DNA from: Burkholderiales bacterium
GTDB taxonomy: Bacteria; Pseudomonadota; Gammaproteobacteria; Burkholderiales; JACQAP01
NCBI GenBank assembly: GCA_035260785.1
Contig: DATFUO010000007.1
Coordinates: 1 to 38,612 of the forward strand
Direction: 5' to 3'
Length of the DNA stretch: 38,612 bases
The translations under genes were made by a program, and so were the position numbers. The notes below the pieces were generated by a model, which did no database searches, had not been told where the DNA came from, and saw only the letters and a program-made list of their open reading frames with translations. Numbering within the stretch: the stretch's first letter is position 1; each line of letters opens with the position of its first letter. Shown one piece after another: positions 8,302 to 17,068 of this stretch.

Positions 8302-9422
8302 CGTTTTAGTCCGCCGTTCGGCGCCGCCGGTAAGGCAAAGAAAAACTCATTCCCCCCATGCGATCCGGCGCTGACGCCGACGTTGCCTCCCAGTTTCGAG
8401 ACGATACGCTGGACGGTAGCCAGTCCGAGGCCGTGCCCTGCGGCACGTTCCTTGTGCAAGCGGGTGAATGGAATGAAGACGCGCTTGCGTTCCTGCTCCG
8501 ACAATGTCTGCCCGTTATCCCGAACCCAGAAGCGCACATGCGCCCCGTCCGGCGTGCCGCCCAGTTCGATACGGGGCGGTGAACCGCCGTATTTGAGCGC
8601 GTTACTCAGCAGGTTCAGCCACACTTCTCCCACCCACGGCGCATAGCCCAGCGAAGGCGGCCAGGCCTTCGGTAACTTGAGACTGGCGTGCGTGCGCGCC
8701 TGCAGGTCCGCGAGCTGGCTCAAGACCTGCGCGACCAGGGCGCCCATTTCCAGCGGCTGCAGTTCCACACTTTGTTGCGCCACTGTGGACAGCAAAAGCA
8801 ACGCATCGATGGCATCGCCCGTCATGGCCAGCGCGCCGAACGCCTGCTGCACCAGGTGCCGCTGCTCGGCGCCAAGATCGTCGGATTTGAATTTGTGCAG
8901 GATCTCAAGAAAGCGGCTGGCGGCGGCCAGAGGCGTCTTCAGGCTGTGCGCGATGGTGTGGGCATAGGCCTCCAGTTCCGCATTTTTCTGCGCCAGGTCC
9001 TCGCTCTTGGAAAGCAATTCCTTTTGCAGGCTGTGCAACTTCAGGTGATGTTGTATTCGCGCCAGCAGCTCCTCGCGCTGAATCGGCTTGGTGATGTAAT
9101 CCACCGCGCCGAGCCTGAAGCCCTCGACTTTGTGGGCGGTATCGTCCAGCGCGGTCATGAAGATCACCGGCACGGCCGCGGTGCGCGCAGTGCTTTTGAG
9201 CCGGCGGCAGACTTCGAAGCCGTCCATGCCCGGCATGGTGACGTCGAGCAGGACCAGGTCCGGCATGGCCAGATCGATCTTCCCGAGTGCCTGCGCACCG
9301 CTGCGGGTGAGCATCAGATCGAAACCCTGCTCGGCAAGAAAGTCGGATATCAGCCGCAGGTTCTGCGGCTTGTCGTCGACAATCAACAACGTCGCGCCGC
9401 GGCGTTCAGCTGACAATGTCAT
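8298..9422 (-). CDS. Response-regulator-receiver / histidine kinase fusion (REC-HisKA-HATPase)
   Basis: I take the start as ATG 9422 (MTLSAERRGATLLIVDDKPQN). REC has VLLDVTMPGMDG. The H-box is AHTIAHSLKTPL, the N-box LLSNALKYG, and the G-boxes VRDNGQTL and GHGLGLATV. The longer ORF to 9614 adds Trp/Arg-rich junk. The gene overlaps the upstream gene by 17 nt. Confidence 0.88.
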   Translation of the reverse strand: MTLSAERRGATLLIVDDKPQNLRLISDFLAEQGFDLMLTRSGAQALGKIDLAMPDLVLLDVTMPGMDGFEVCRRLKSTARTAAVPVIFMTALDDTAHKVEGFRLGAVDYITKPIQREELLARIQHHLKLHSLQKELLSKSEDLAQKNAELEAYAHTIAHSLKTPLAAASRFLEILHKFKSDDLGAEQRHLVQQAFGALAMTGDAIDALLLLSTVAQQSVELQPLEMGALVAQVLSQLADLQARTHASLKLPKAWPPSLGYAPWVGEVWLNLLSNALKYGGSPPRIELGGTPDGAHVRFWVRDNGQTLSEQERKRVFIPFTRLHKERAAGHGLGLATVQRIVSKLGGNVGVSAGSHGGNEFFFALPAAPNGGLKR

Positions 9423-11799
9423 CGCGCGTAGCTCCGATGCAATCCTCCAGCATGGCAACCAGGCGCTCCTCCTCGAAGCCGCGAGCCAACGCATACAGTC
9501 GCCGGCTGAACGGGCTGTAACTCGGACTAGCCTTATCGAGCTCCAGCGCAATCTGTTCGACGCGCACCAGTTTTCCCATCCGGGCCAACTCGAGCAGTTC
9601 CTCCAGCGCGGCACGAGGGGGGGCTATGACATGAGCCTGCGCGTGAGCGGTAGCGTTGTCTGCCGCCGCCTCCGCATCGGCGTAGCGCCAGATCAAATCA
9701 AGGGGACGCTGGATCGCGTCGAGCAGATCCCTGGTCTGAAACGGTTTGCGCAGACAGGTCACGAAGGTCCGCGGATCCGCTTCCGCACGCTCGAGGTCCG
9801 CGCTGCTGGCGGAAGCGGCGACAATGAAAATATTTTCCAGTCCGCGCGTGCCGAGAATGGCGTGTGCCGCCTCGATCCCGTCCATTCCCGGCATCCGCAG
9901 GTCCATCACGATCAGATCGGGACGGTCTGTGAGGGCGCTCGCCACCGCTTCCTTTCCGCTGCCAGCGAGCATCACATCGAACCCCAGCCGCTCCAGCAGT
10001 TGTTGAAGGAGCCGGCGATTCTCCTCCTGGTCGTCCACCACAAGAATGGACCGGCGCGGGCCCCAATAGCCGATGACGGGATCGCTCGCCGGGACCGCAT
10101 CCTGCCATGCCTGAACCAGCGGCAGCTTCACCCTGAATCGGAACTGGCTCCCTCGCCCCGGCTGGCTGTCCACCCCGACTTCTCCCCCCATCAGGCGTGC
10201 GAGTTCCCGGGTGATGGCAAGCCCGAGCCCGACGCCCGATTCCTGCTTCTGTCCCTCCTCCGCCTGTTCGAATGGCGCAAAAATGCGGATCGTATCCTTT
10301 GCCGAGATCCCGACTCCGGTATCCTGCACCGACACGCGCAGTTCGACTTTGCCATCGTCCGCCGGCACGCACTGCACGCCCAGCGTAACGCCTCCCGAGT
10401 CGGTGAACTTGATCGCGTTGCCGAGCAGGTTGAGCAGAATCTGGCGCAGGCGTTTGCCGTCGGCCTCGACTATTTCCGGCAGACCGGCGGGCGCATCCAG
10501 GAAAAAATTCAGTCCCTTGCGGTACGCCTCGACCCGGACCATGGCCGCGATTTCCTCGAACAAGGGGGTGAGTCGAACGGGTGCGGGATTGAGTTCCAGA
10601 TGGCCGGAGCGGATGCGCGACAGGTCGAGCAGGTCGTTGATCAGCGAGAGCAGGTGCCGACCGCTGCTGGCAATCGTGGCAAGCGCCTCCTGGCGGGATG
10701 GTTCCGGCATCGCACCGCCGCGCACCAGATCCGCATAACCGAGGATGGCGTGCAACGGCGTGCGCAACTCATGGCTCATGTTGGCAAGGAACTGATCCTT
10801 CGACCGGTTCGCGGCTTCCGCTTCGGCACGTGCGGCAAGCAGGGCTTTGCGCTGCACGCTGAGCTGACGGATGTGGAACACGCCGGCCAGCAGAATGGTC
10901 GAGAACACCGCCACGGCAGTCCAGATGGCCCGGTAGTCGACCTTGTCCTCATAGCGAACCGAGAGCCATTTCTGCGAAATCTCCCGCTGCTCTTCATGGC
11001 CGATGGTGAGCAGCACCTTGTCCAGGATGCCCACCAATTCCGGCCAGTCCTTGCGTACGCCGACGGAGAAGCCCTGCGGCTGCAACGCCTTTTCGACCGC
11101 GGTGGCAATTTTCAGATTGCTGATCTGCCGGTATCGGATCGTATATACGATCGGAAAAATATCGTCCACCAGCCCGTCGGTTTTGCCGGTCGATACCGCC
11201 ATCAGGCCGTCCAGCAGGTCGGGATAGGCGGTCACGTTGAAGTTCGGGTACACCCGCGCCGTGAGCTGCTTGGACGAGTGTCCCTCGACGACCGCGACCC
11301 GGTTTTCCTGGAAATCCTTCAGGCCGGTTACGAAACTGTAGTCGTCGCGGGTGACGATGACGTTGACGTAGTGAAGGTAGGGTTTGGTGAAATTGAGGAA
11401 CTCCTCCCGGTCCGACGAACTCGCCACCGCGAGGACGACGTCGAGTTCCTTTTTGCGCAGCTTGTTTTCCACGGTACCGAAATCCGGGAGCTGGTTCACC
11501 TGGAAACGGGTCCCGAGCTTGTAGCGGATGATGTCCAGGTAGTCGGCGACGACGCCTACGAAACGGCCGCGGCTATCCTGGAATTCGTAAGGCGCATAGT
11601 TGGTTTCGGCGCCGATCCGAATGACCGGATGTGCCGTGAGCCATTTTTTTTCCTCGGGCGTGAGATCGACAAACGCCGGTGCGCTGGTGGGCTCCGCCGC
11701 CGCATTGACGCAGACGACGATTCCTCCCGCCGCAAGGCAGGCCACAAAAATCGGGGCCATCAATTGGCGCTTGCGCGGCCACAACGCTCTCACTGGCAT
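9406..11799 (-). CDS. Hybrid sensor histidine kinase with periplasmic solute-binding (SBP_bac_3-like) sensor domain, HisKA, HATPase, REC and an unassigned C-terminal extension
   Basis: I take the start as ATG 11799 (MPVRALWPRKRQLMAPIFVACLAAGGIVV signal/anchor). The Venus-flytrap-like region is IRIGAETNYAPYEFQD...GFSVGVRKDWPEL, followed by a TM segment. The H-box is FLANMSHELRTPLH. REC is ILVVDDQEENR...IVMDLRMPGMDG. The ORF to 12309 adds an Arg/Pro-rich extension judged spurious. Confidence 0.88.
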   Translation of the reverse strand: MPVRALWPRKRQLMAPIFVACLAAGGIVVCVNAAAEPTSAPAFVDLTPEEKKWLTAHPVIRIGAETNYAPYEFQDSRGRFVGVVADYLDIIRYKLGTRFQVNQLPDFGTVENKLRKKELDVVLAVASSSDREEFLNFTKPYLHYVNVIVTRDDYSFVTGLKDFQENRVAVVEGHSSKQLTARVYPNFNVTAYPDLLDGLMAVSTGKTDGLVDDIFPIVYTIRYRQISNLKIATAVEKALQPQGFSVGVRKDWPELVGILDKVLLTIGHEEQREISQKWLSVRYEDKVDYRAIWTAVAVFSTILLAGVFHIRQLSVQRKALLAARAEAEAANRSKDQFLANMSHELRTPLHAILGYADLVRGGAMPEPSRQEALATIASSGRHLLSLINDLLDLSRIRSGHLELNPAPVRLTPLFEEIAAMVRVEAYRKGLNFFLDAPAGLPEIVEADGKRLRQILLNLLGNAIKFTDSGGVTLGVQCVPADDGKVELRVSVQDTGVGISAKDTIRIFAPFEQAEEGQKQESGVGLGLAITRELARLMGGEVGVDSQPGRGSQFRFRVKLPLVQAWQDAVPASDPVIGYWGPRRSILVVDDQEENRRLLQQLLERLGFDVMLAGSGKEAVASALTDRPDLIVMDLRMPGMDGIEAAHAILGTRGLENIFIVAASASSADLERAEADPRTFVTCLRKPFQTRDLLDAIQRPLDLIWRYADAEAAADNATAHAQAHVIAPPRAALEELLELARMGKLVRVEQIALELDKASPSYSPFSRRLYALARGFEEERLVAMLEDCIGATRDDIVS

Positions 11800-12056
11800 C
11801 TCTCCATTGATCCCGCCGCGCCTGCACGCAAGGGAGGGTGGGCGGCGCTCGGCGACGACGGCTTCCAGCCTCACGCCACCAGTATGGTATGGCAAATCGA
11901 AACGCGGAACATTTTCCGCGCCGGCAGACTCTGCCCGGTAATCCCGGTACGGAATTGTCTGCCAGTTTCCCTCCCTCCGGAAGTCCGCGAACCGCTCAAG
12001 CGCAGCGGGACATTCTAGAATGCGTGACCGGCTTGCCCGCGGCCTGACCCGACGAA

Positions 12057-12860
12057 ATGAAAATCCAGCTTCTCTCCGATCTGCACCTGGAACATTCTCA
12101 CCGGCATCCGCCGTTCGTGCTGCCGGCCAGCGTGGCCGATGTGGTCGTCCTGGCGGGCGACATCGACAACGGGACGCGGGCCTTCGACTGGGCCGAGGAG
12201 ACCTTTCCGGACCAGGCCGTGCTTTACGTGCCGGGCAATCACGAATACTACGACGCCGACCTTCACACAGCCGCCGCGGGATTGAAGGCGCGCGCGCGCC
12301 GCAGTACAAACGTGCGACTGCTGGACAATGACGAAGTGACCATCGATGGCGTGCGTTTCCTGGGCAGCACGCTCTGGACCGATTTTGCGTTGCTCGGCCG
12401 GCAGAAACTGGACCGGATCATCGCAGAATGCCTGCGGTACGTAGTCGACTTCCGTAAAATACGCATGGGAGGCGGCTTCCTGACGCCACAGCAAACAATC
12501 GACCTGCATCGCGACGCGATAGCCTTCCTGCAGGCTGGACTGGATAGGCCCTTCGCCGGCAAGACCGTAGTCATCACGCACCACGCTCCGCATCCCGGCA
12601 GTGTGCATCCACGATGGGGTGACAGCCCCGTCAATGCGGCGTTCGTGTCCGACCTGACCCGGCTGATGGGAAAATCGGTCCTGTGGTTGCACGGGCATAC
12701 GCACGACAGCTTCGATTTCACCGTCCACGGCACGCGCGTGCTCGCTAACCCGATGGGTTACCGGACGTCGAACTGGCGCGAACCGCGGTCCGCGGACACA
12801 CCGCTGCGCGCAGTCACCGAAAACCGCTGCTTCGACCCCGCTCTGGTCGTCGAAATCTGA
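12057..12860 (+). CDS. Calcineurin-like metallophosphoesterase
   Basis: Motifs appear in the canonical order: DLHLE, GDIDNG, GNHEYY, HHAP, GHTHD. Confidence 0.88.
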   Translation: MKIQLLSDLHLEHSHRHPPFVLPASVADVVVLAGDIDNGTRAFDWAEETFPDQAVLYVPGNHEYYDADLHTAAAGLKARARRSTNVRLLDNDEVTIDGVRFLGSTLWTDFALLGRQKLDRIIAECLRYVVDFRKIRMGGGFLTPQQTIDLHRDAIAFLQAGLDRPFAGKTVVITHHAPHPGSVHPRWGDSPVNAAFVSDLTRLMGKSVLWLHGHTHDSFDFTVHGTRVLANPMGYRTSNWREPRSADTPLRAVTENRCFDPALVVEI

Positions 12861-12931
12861 ATTCGCGTCGATGGCGGCGAACTTGAGTAGAATACCCTGC
12901 CCTCTCGTCCGGACTGCCTTCCCCATTGATC

Positions 12932-14236
12932 ATGCGCCGTTTCACCGCCCGACTGTGCCTTGTCGCGGTCCTCGTTACCTTCAGCTCCGCTGCGCTGGCA
13001 CTGAGCGCGGCCGAAGTCTTCGCGAAGAACCGCAATGCAATCTACATGCTCATCGTCTCGGGCGACGAACCGGGCGTGCTGGATGTCGTCGCGCAGGGCT
13101 CTGCGGTCCTGATCGCTCCCGGCCGATTCGTTACCAACTGCCATGTCCTGGAACGCGGCAAGAATTTTGTCGTATCCCGGCGTGAGGACAGGATAATCGA
13201 GCGCGTGCTGCTGGTGAGTTTCGAAAAAGGAAAGGACTTGTGCGAACTCGACCTTGCCCAGATGAAGCCCGGTTTCGACAAGCCGGTGGAAATCGCCGCG
13301 ACCGATACGCTGCACATCGGGGAAACGGTCTTCGCGATCGGCTCGCCGCGCGGCATGGAATTGACCATCAGCAATGGCATCGTCTCCGGCTTCAGGGAGG
13401 CAAGCGGCGGCGTAAAGCTGATACAGACCACGGCGCCCATCTCGGCGGGATCGAGCGGAGGCGGCCTGTTCGACGATCAGGGGCGGCTGGTCGGCATCAC
13501 GACGCTGGTCGCAAAAGATTCGCAAAACCTGAATTTCGCGATATCGGCGCAATACATTCCGAGCGCCCGGATATCCGAGGCGGCCCTCCTCAAACAGCGT
13601 ACCGGCGTCGCCCGGGCGGACGCGGCTGCCACGCCGGAAATCGCCTTCGAACGCCAGGAACGCATGCGCCGCCAGGAGCAGGACACGATCGCCGCGCGCA
13701 AAAAACAACTCGATGCGCCTGTCGTCATTCCGACGGACAGGCCGGATCCCTCTGTTCCGGCGTCCGGCCCCCGCCTGGCCACGGCGCGCAAACCCATCGC
13801 CACGCGCCTGACCCCTTACCAGGGCCTGGGCGACAGCAACCTGCCGGTGCGCCTGTACGAACAGATGGCGAGGAAAGGTGAGTTGACAGGGCTCGACGAC
13901 AATGCAGCGATTCGCAAGGTTTATGAGGCGCTGATCCGGCAGCACGTTGCCCAGCAGCTCAGGTGGAGAGACGGCGGCAATTATGTATCGGAATTCCAGA
14001 TTCAGTTGCGCCGCTCCGGTGAGGTCATGTTCGTCATACCCGCGAGGGTTTCCGGCGTCGAGCGTTTCGACCAGGAAGCGCGGCGCGCGATCGGCGCGGC
14101 TTCGCCGTTTCCCGTTCCACAGGATAACGAGGCCTTCGCGCAAATGAGCGAGCTCACCATCGCCGTGCAGACCCCGGAGCGCGCAATCCCATCAACGCAA
14201 CCGGCGAAACCGGCGCCCAATAAAAAGGCGAAGTAA
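12932..14236 (+). CDS. Secreted trypsin-like (S1) serine protease fused to a TolA/TonB-C-terminal-like domain
   Basis: The signal peptide is MRRFTARLCLVAVLVTFSSAALALSA. The triad contexts are TNCHV, DLCELDL and SAGSSGGGLF. A charged, Pro-rich linker follows. The C-terminus FQIQLRRSGEVMFVIPARVSGVERFDQEARRAIGAASPFPVP resembles TolA domain III / TonB_C. The ATG at 12932 is preferred over the TTG at 12926. Confidence 0.8.
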   Translation: MRRFTARLCLVAVLVTFSSAALALSAAEVFAKNRNAIYMLIVSGDEPGVLDVVAQGSAVLIAPGRFVTNCHVLERGKNFVVSRREDRIIERVLLVSFEKGKDLCELDLAQMKPGFDKPVEIAATDTLHIGETVFAIGSPRGMELTISNGIVSGFREASGGVKLIQTTAPISAGSSGGGLFDDQGRLVGITTLVAKDSQNLNFAISAQYIPSARISEAALLKQRTGVARADAAATPEIAFERQERMRRQEQDTIAARKKQLDAPVVIPTDRPDPSVPASGPRLATARKPIATRLTPYQGLGDSNLPVRLYEQMARKGELTGLDDNAAIRKVYEALIRQHVAQQLRWRDGGNYVSEFQIQLRRSGEVMFVIPARVSGVERFDQEARRAIGAASPFPVPQDNEAFAQMSELTIAVQTPERAIPSTQPAKPAPNKKAK

Positions 14237-14284
14237 CAAAGGCGCCTTTAGTCCGCACTTTCACCTTTTCGTTTTTATCCCGTC

Positions 14285-15718
14285 TTACTTCGCCTGCGGA
14301 AAATTCGTCAGTCTGAATACGCCTGCATTCGGCATGCGCGGAATGATGATCTGCACGAAGTGCGTGGTGTTGCGTCTGAGCCAGCGCCTGGCCTGGTCTC
14401 CTTCCAGGTGGATCGGCACTCGCTGCTCGGCGCCGATTTTCTCGCGCTCGAAATAGTTGATGTTCTTCCCCGGGGAAGCGGCAGAGATCGACATGTACAG
14501 CACCGGTTCCGTGCCGGCTGGCAGCATCTTGTAGTAATTCTCCACAAGGTCCGTCCGGTCGAAGTACAGGTTCCGCAGGTAGTCGAATTGGCTGTTCTTC
14601 TTGACGTCTTCGAGCACGCTCCTGTGCAGGTAGACGTTGGCGTCGTCATTGCGCTTGGTTTCACTGGAGAAAAACTCCAGGAAATAATCGTCGACCGGAT
14701 ACCCCTGGTCGTCGACGACGCAGGCGTTCATCTGCAGGTATTGATGAAAATAATCGGCATCGTCCGCCTGCGCATTCAGGTGCCGGGCAGCAGTCTGTTC
14801 ACAGACCGCGTCCCACGCGGCCTGGATGGATCGATATTCATCGAAGTCCGCGCATCCGAGCGCCTGCAGAATCAACCGGCCCAACTGCTGCTTTTCGTCA
14901 GCGGTTTCCTGTATTTTCTCCTGGTTGTCCCTGTCCGTCCGATCCGGGTCGGTAATGGACCCGTGTGTCCTGGTGGGAAGCACCGCGAGGGGCACGTCCG
15001 CTTCCAGCCGCGAATCCCAGATCGTGACAAGTTTCTTCATGTCGGCCTCGCGGAAATCGAAGGTGACGCCGCGCGCATTGAGGTTGGCGGCGCAGACCCG
15101 GACCGTTCCATCGCTGCCATCCTCATTGACGATCTGCCGCAGCGCGCTGGCGTAGGGATGCGTACCGACGATCACGAATGGCCAGACCCGATCCTCGCCG
15201 TAGTACCTGTTCGCATCTGCACCCGGCATCTGCAGGACATCGCGCTGAACAAGCGCCCACTGGAACGGGCTGGACAGTTCCAGGTCGTTGAGCATCGCCT
15301 TGCCGCTCTGGAACCAGTTGTCGTACCCCTTGACGATCCTTCCGAGAAAACTCTTTCCGGTCGCCGCGAGTTTCGAACCGTAGTTTGCCGGTGCGAGCAT
15401 CACCAGGCGTTTCATCGGGCACTGTTGCGCGCTGCCCTTGTACCAGGATGTCACCCATTCGCGCACCACCAGGCCGCCGGTGCTGTGAACGATGACATCG
15501 AAGGACTTATCCAGCTCGCCTGACTTCGACATGTCGGCAATCACTTCGCTCATGCGCTTGCCGACATCCTCGACGCGCACATCGTCGTCCCGGGAAATGT
15601 AGTCGCCCAGCCAGAGCAGCTTGGGCGCGTAGCCGTGGGCGGCCAGAAAAGACGCAAGCGCATGGAACGATCGCGATGTATCGCTCCAGCCGTGAATGAT
15701 AAGGACTTGCCTTGCCAT
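14285..15718 (-). CDS. Lipase/esterase-like alpha/beta hydrolase with a ~200-aa C-terminal domain of unknown function
   Basis: 477 aa. It has IIHGW, a nucleophile elbow VHSTGG, and candidate Asp (EDGSDGTV) and His (RTHGS). I recognise no family motif in the C-terminal half. There is no signal peptide. Confidence 0.8.
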   Translation of the reverse strand: MARQVLIIHGWSDTSRSFHALASFLAAHGYAPKLLWLGDYISRDDDVRVEDVGKRMSEVIADMSKSGELDKSFDVIVHSTGGLVVREWVTSWYKGSAQQCPMKRLVMLAPANYGSKLAATGKSFLGRIVKGYDNWFQSGKAMLNDLELSSPFQWALVQRDVLQMPGADANRYYGEDRVWPFVIVGTHPYASALRQIVNEDGSDGTVRVCAANLNARGVTFDFREADMKKLVTIWDSRLEADVPLAVLPTRTHGSITDPDRTDRDNQEKIQETADEKQQLGRLILQALGCADFDEYRSIQAAWDAVCEQTAARHLNAQADDADYFHQYLQMNACVVDDQGYPVDDYFLEFFSSETKRNDDANVYLHRSVLEDVKKNSQFDYLRNLYFDRTDLVENYYKMLPAGTEPVLYMSISAASPGKNINYFEREKIGAEQRVPIHLEGDQARRWLRRNTTHFVQIIIPRMPNAGVFRLTNFPQAK

Positions 15719-15869
15719 GGGCTTCTCCCACGTTGGGACGCGGCCATCCGCTAAAGCACGCGTACATTAACCCTGATTTTCAATCAGCCTGGAGCCCCGC
15801 GTCCTCGTTCGTTTCCGTCCCGTCAGTAATTTGCATCGCCGTCGGATCGCTGTCCGGCGACAGCATCAG

Positions 15870-16226
15870 TCAGGGCATGACTTTTTTGAGCGTATGCCGC
15901 CGCGCACGGATGTAAGGGCGAATTTCCTTCGGCCAGCGACCCCGGTCCACGGCTTCAGCCCAGTTGTCGCTCAGCAGGACGTCGGCGCTTTCCAGTTCGT
16001 AAATGGCGCTGTATTTGGGCTCGCCTTCGGCCACCAGTGCCTTGCGTTGTCCGTCTATCCTCATCGTGGCGCCCGGCTCGGACCTCACGCGGGTCACCGC
16101 CAGCACGCCCGGCACTTTGAGCAGGAAAGGCACGTGCTCGGTGTCGTAAAGTTCGTTGAACAAATCCTCCCTGGCAGGATCCACGTCGAGACTGGCGGTA
16201 AAAACGTACTTCGCTTTAGGATGCAT
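15870..16226 (-). CDS. Small dimeric alpha/beta-barrel-type protein (EthD/DUF4286-like)
   Basis: 118 aa starting MHPKAKYVFTASLDVDPAREDLFNELYDTEHVPFLLKVPGV. RBS GGAGAA lies 6 nt upstream of the ATG at 16226. The rest of the 420-aa ORF upstream is antisense to yceI and judged spurious. Confidence 0.7.
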   Translation of the reverse strand: MHPKAKYVFTASLDVDPAREDLFNELYDTEHVPFLLKVPGVLAVTRVRSEPGATMRIDGQRKALVAEGEPKYSAIYELESADVLLSDNWAEAVDRGRWPKEIRPYIRARRHTLKKVMP

Positions 16227-16418
16227 GGCTTTTCTCCGCAATGGGGTCAGGCTCGCTCCGGTGCAGGCCCGGCCTGGCGATGTTAACAGTCCGGCCGGCG
16301 CCCGGCGAAAATCATTCGATGGCGCGACATGCCGTGAGTTGGCGATAATGTGGGAAACGCAATGGCCCGGCCGCCGGTCGACGCCCGGGTTCGACAACTT
16401 GGATATACGGAGGTGGTG

Positions 16419-17003
16419 ATGAAACTTGTCCCGGTCGTGATGGGCTTTATTTTCGCTGCGCTTGCCGGCGGCCATGCGGCGGCGGCCGATCGTTACAGGA
16501 TAGATCCCGACCATACGTTTGCGCATTTCGCCGTGGTACACACCGGCGTTTCCTCGGTACGCGGCCGGATGGGCATCAACAAGGGAAGCGCTACGCTGGA
16601 TGCCGACCAGCAGACCGCGGAATTCACCGTGGACCTCGATCCGCGCTCGATCGATACCGGCGTGAAGAAGCTCGATGCCGTGCTCATCGACGAAATGTTC
16701 TTCAACGTGGCCCGCTACAAGACCGCCCGCTTCGCCGGGCACGCGGTGCAATTCAGGGATGGCGTGCCGTCGGAATTCGACGGTGACCTGATGATCCATG
16801 GCGTAACCAGGCCGGTTCATCTGATCGCCGATCATTTCGTCTGCAGGCAGGTCAAAATCCTGGTGCTGGATCGCTTCGTTTGCGGCGGCGATTTGCAGGC
16901 GACCCTGAAACGATCGGACTTCGGGCTGGATAAATATTTGTCGATGGTCAGCGACGAAGTGCGCCTTGTCATTTCGGTCGAGGCGATCCGCGAAGAGAAG
17001 TAA
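16419..17003 (+). CDS. YceI-family periplasmic protein
   Basis: RBS GGAGG lies at 16409-16413. The signal peptide is MKLVPVVMGFIFAALAGGHAAAA. YceI-like sequence follows (YRIDPDHTFAHFAVVHTGVSSVRGRM...GDLMIHGVTRPV). Confidence 0.88.
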   Translation: MKLVPVVMGFIFAALAGGHAAAADRYRIDPDHTFAHFAVVHTGVSSVRGRMGINKGSATLDADQQTAEFTVDLDPRSIDTGVKKLDAVLIDEMFFNVARYKTARFAGHAVQFRDGVPSEFDGDLMIHGVTRPVHLIADHFVCRQVKILVLDRFVCGGDLQATLKRSDFGLDKYLSMVSDEVRLVISVEAIREEK

Positions 17004-17068
17004 TTCGGTCAATGCCGAACGGCGGATGGTCAACGGCCGCCCGCCCCCAATGACCCGGCCCGATCTGC

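Noticed and set aside
9130-12018. 962-aa ORF on the plus strand, the longest ORF in the window
   Set aside because: It lies entirely antisense to the two histidine-kinase genes. The product is Arg/Gly/His/Pro-rich with no motifs, while the minus-strand products carry complete H, N, G1/G2 and REC motifs. This is a typical high-GC shadow ORF.
12758-14143. 461-aa minus-strand ORF, and the 14360-15523 plus-strand ORF
   Set aside because: They are antisense shadows of the protease and alpha/beta-hydrolase genes respectively, with no motifs and Arg-rich products.
16381-16402. GGGTTCGACAA resembling a tRNA T-arm (GGTTCGA)
   Set aside because: There is no matching acceptor, D or anticodon stem in the flanks. 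It lies 20 nt before the yceI RBS in an ordinary promoter region.
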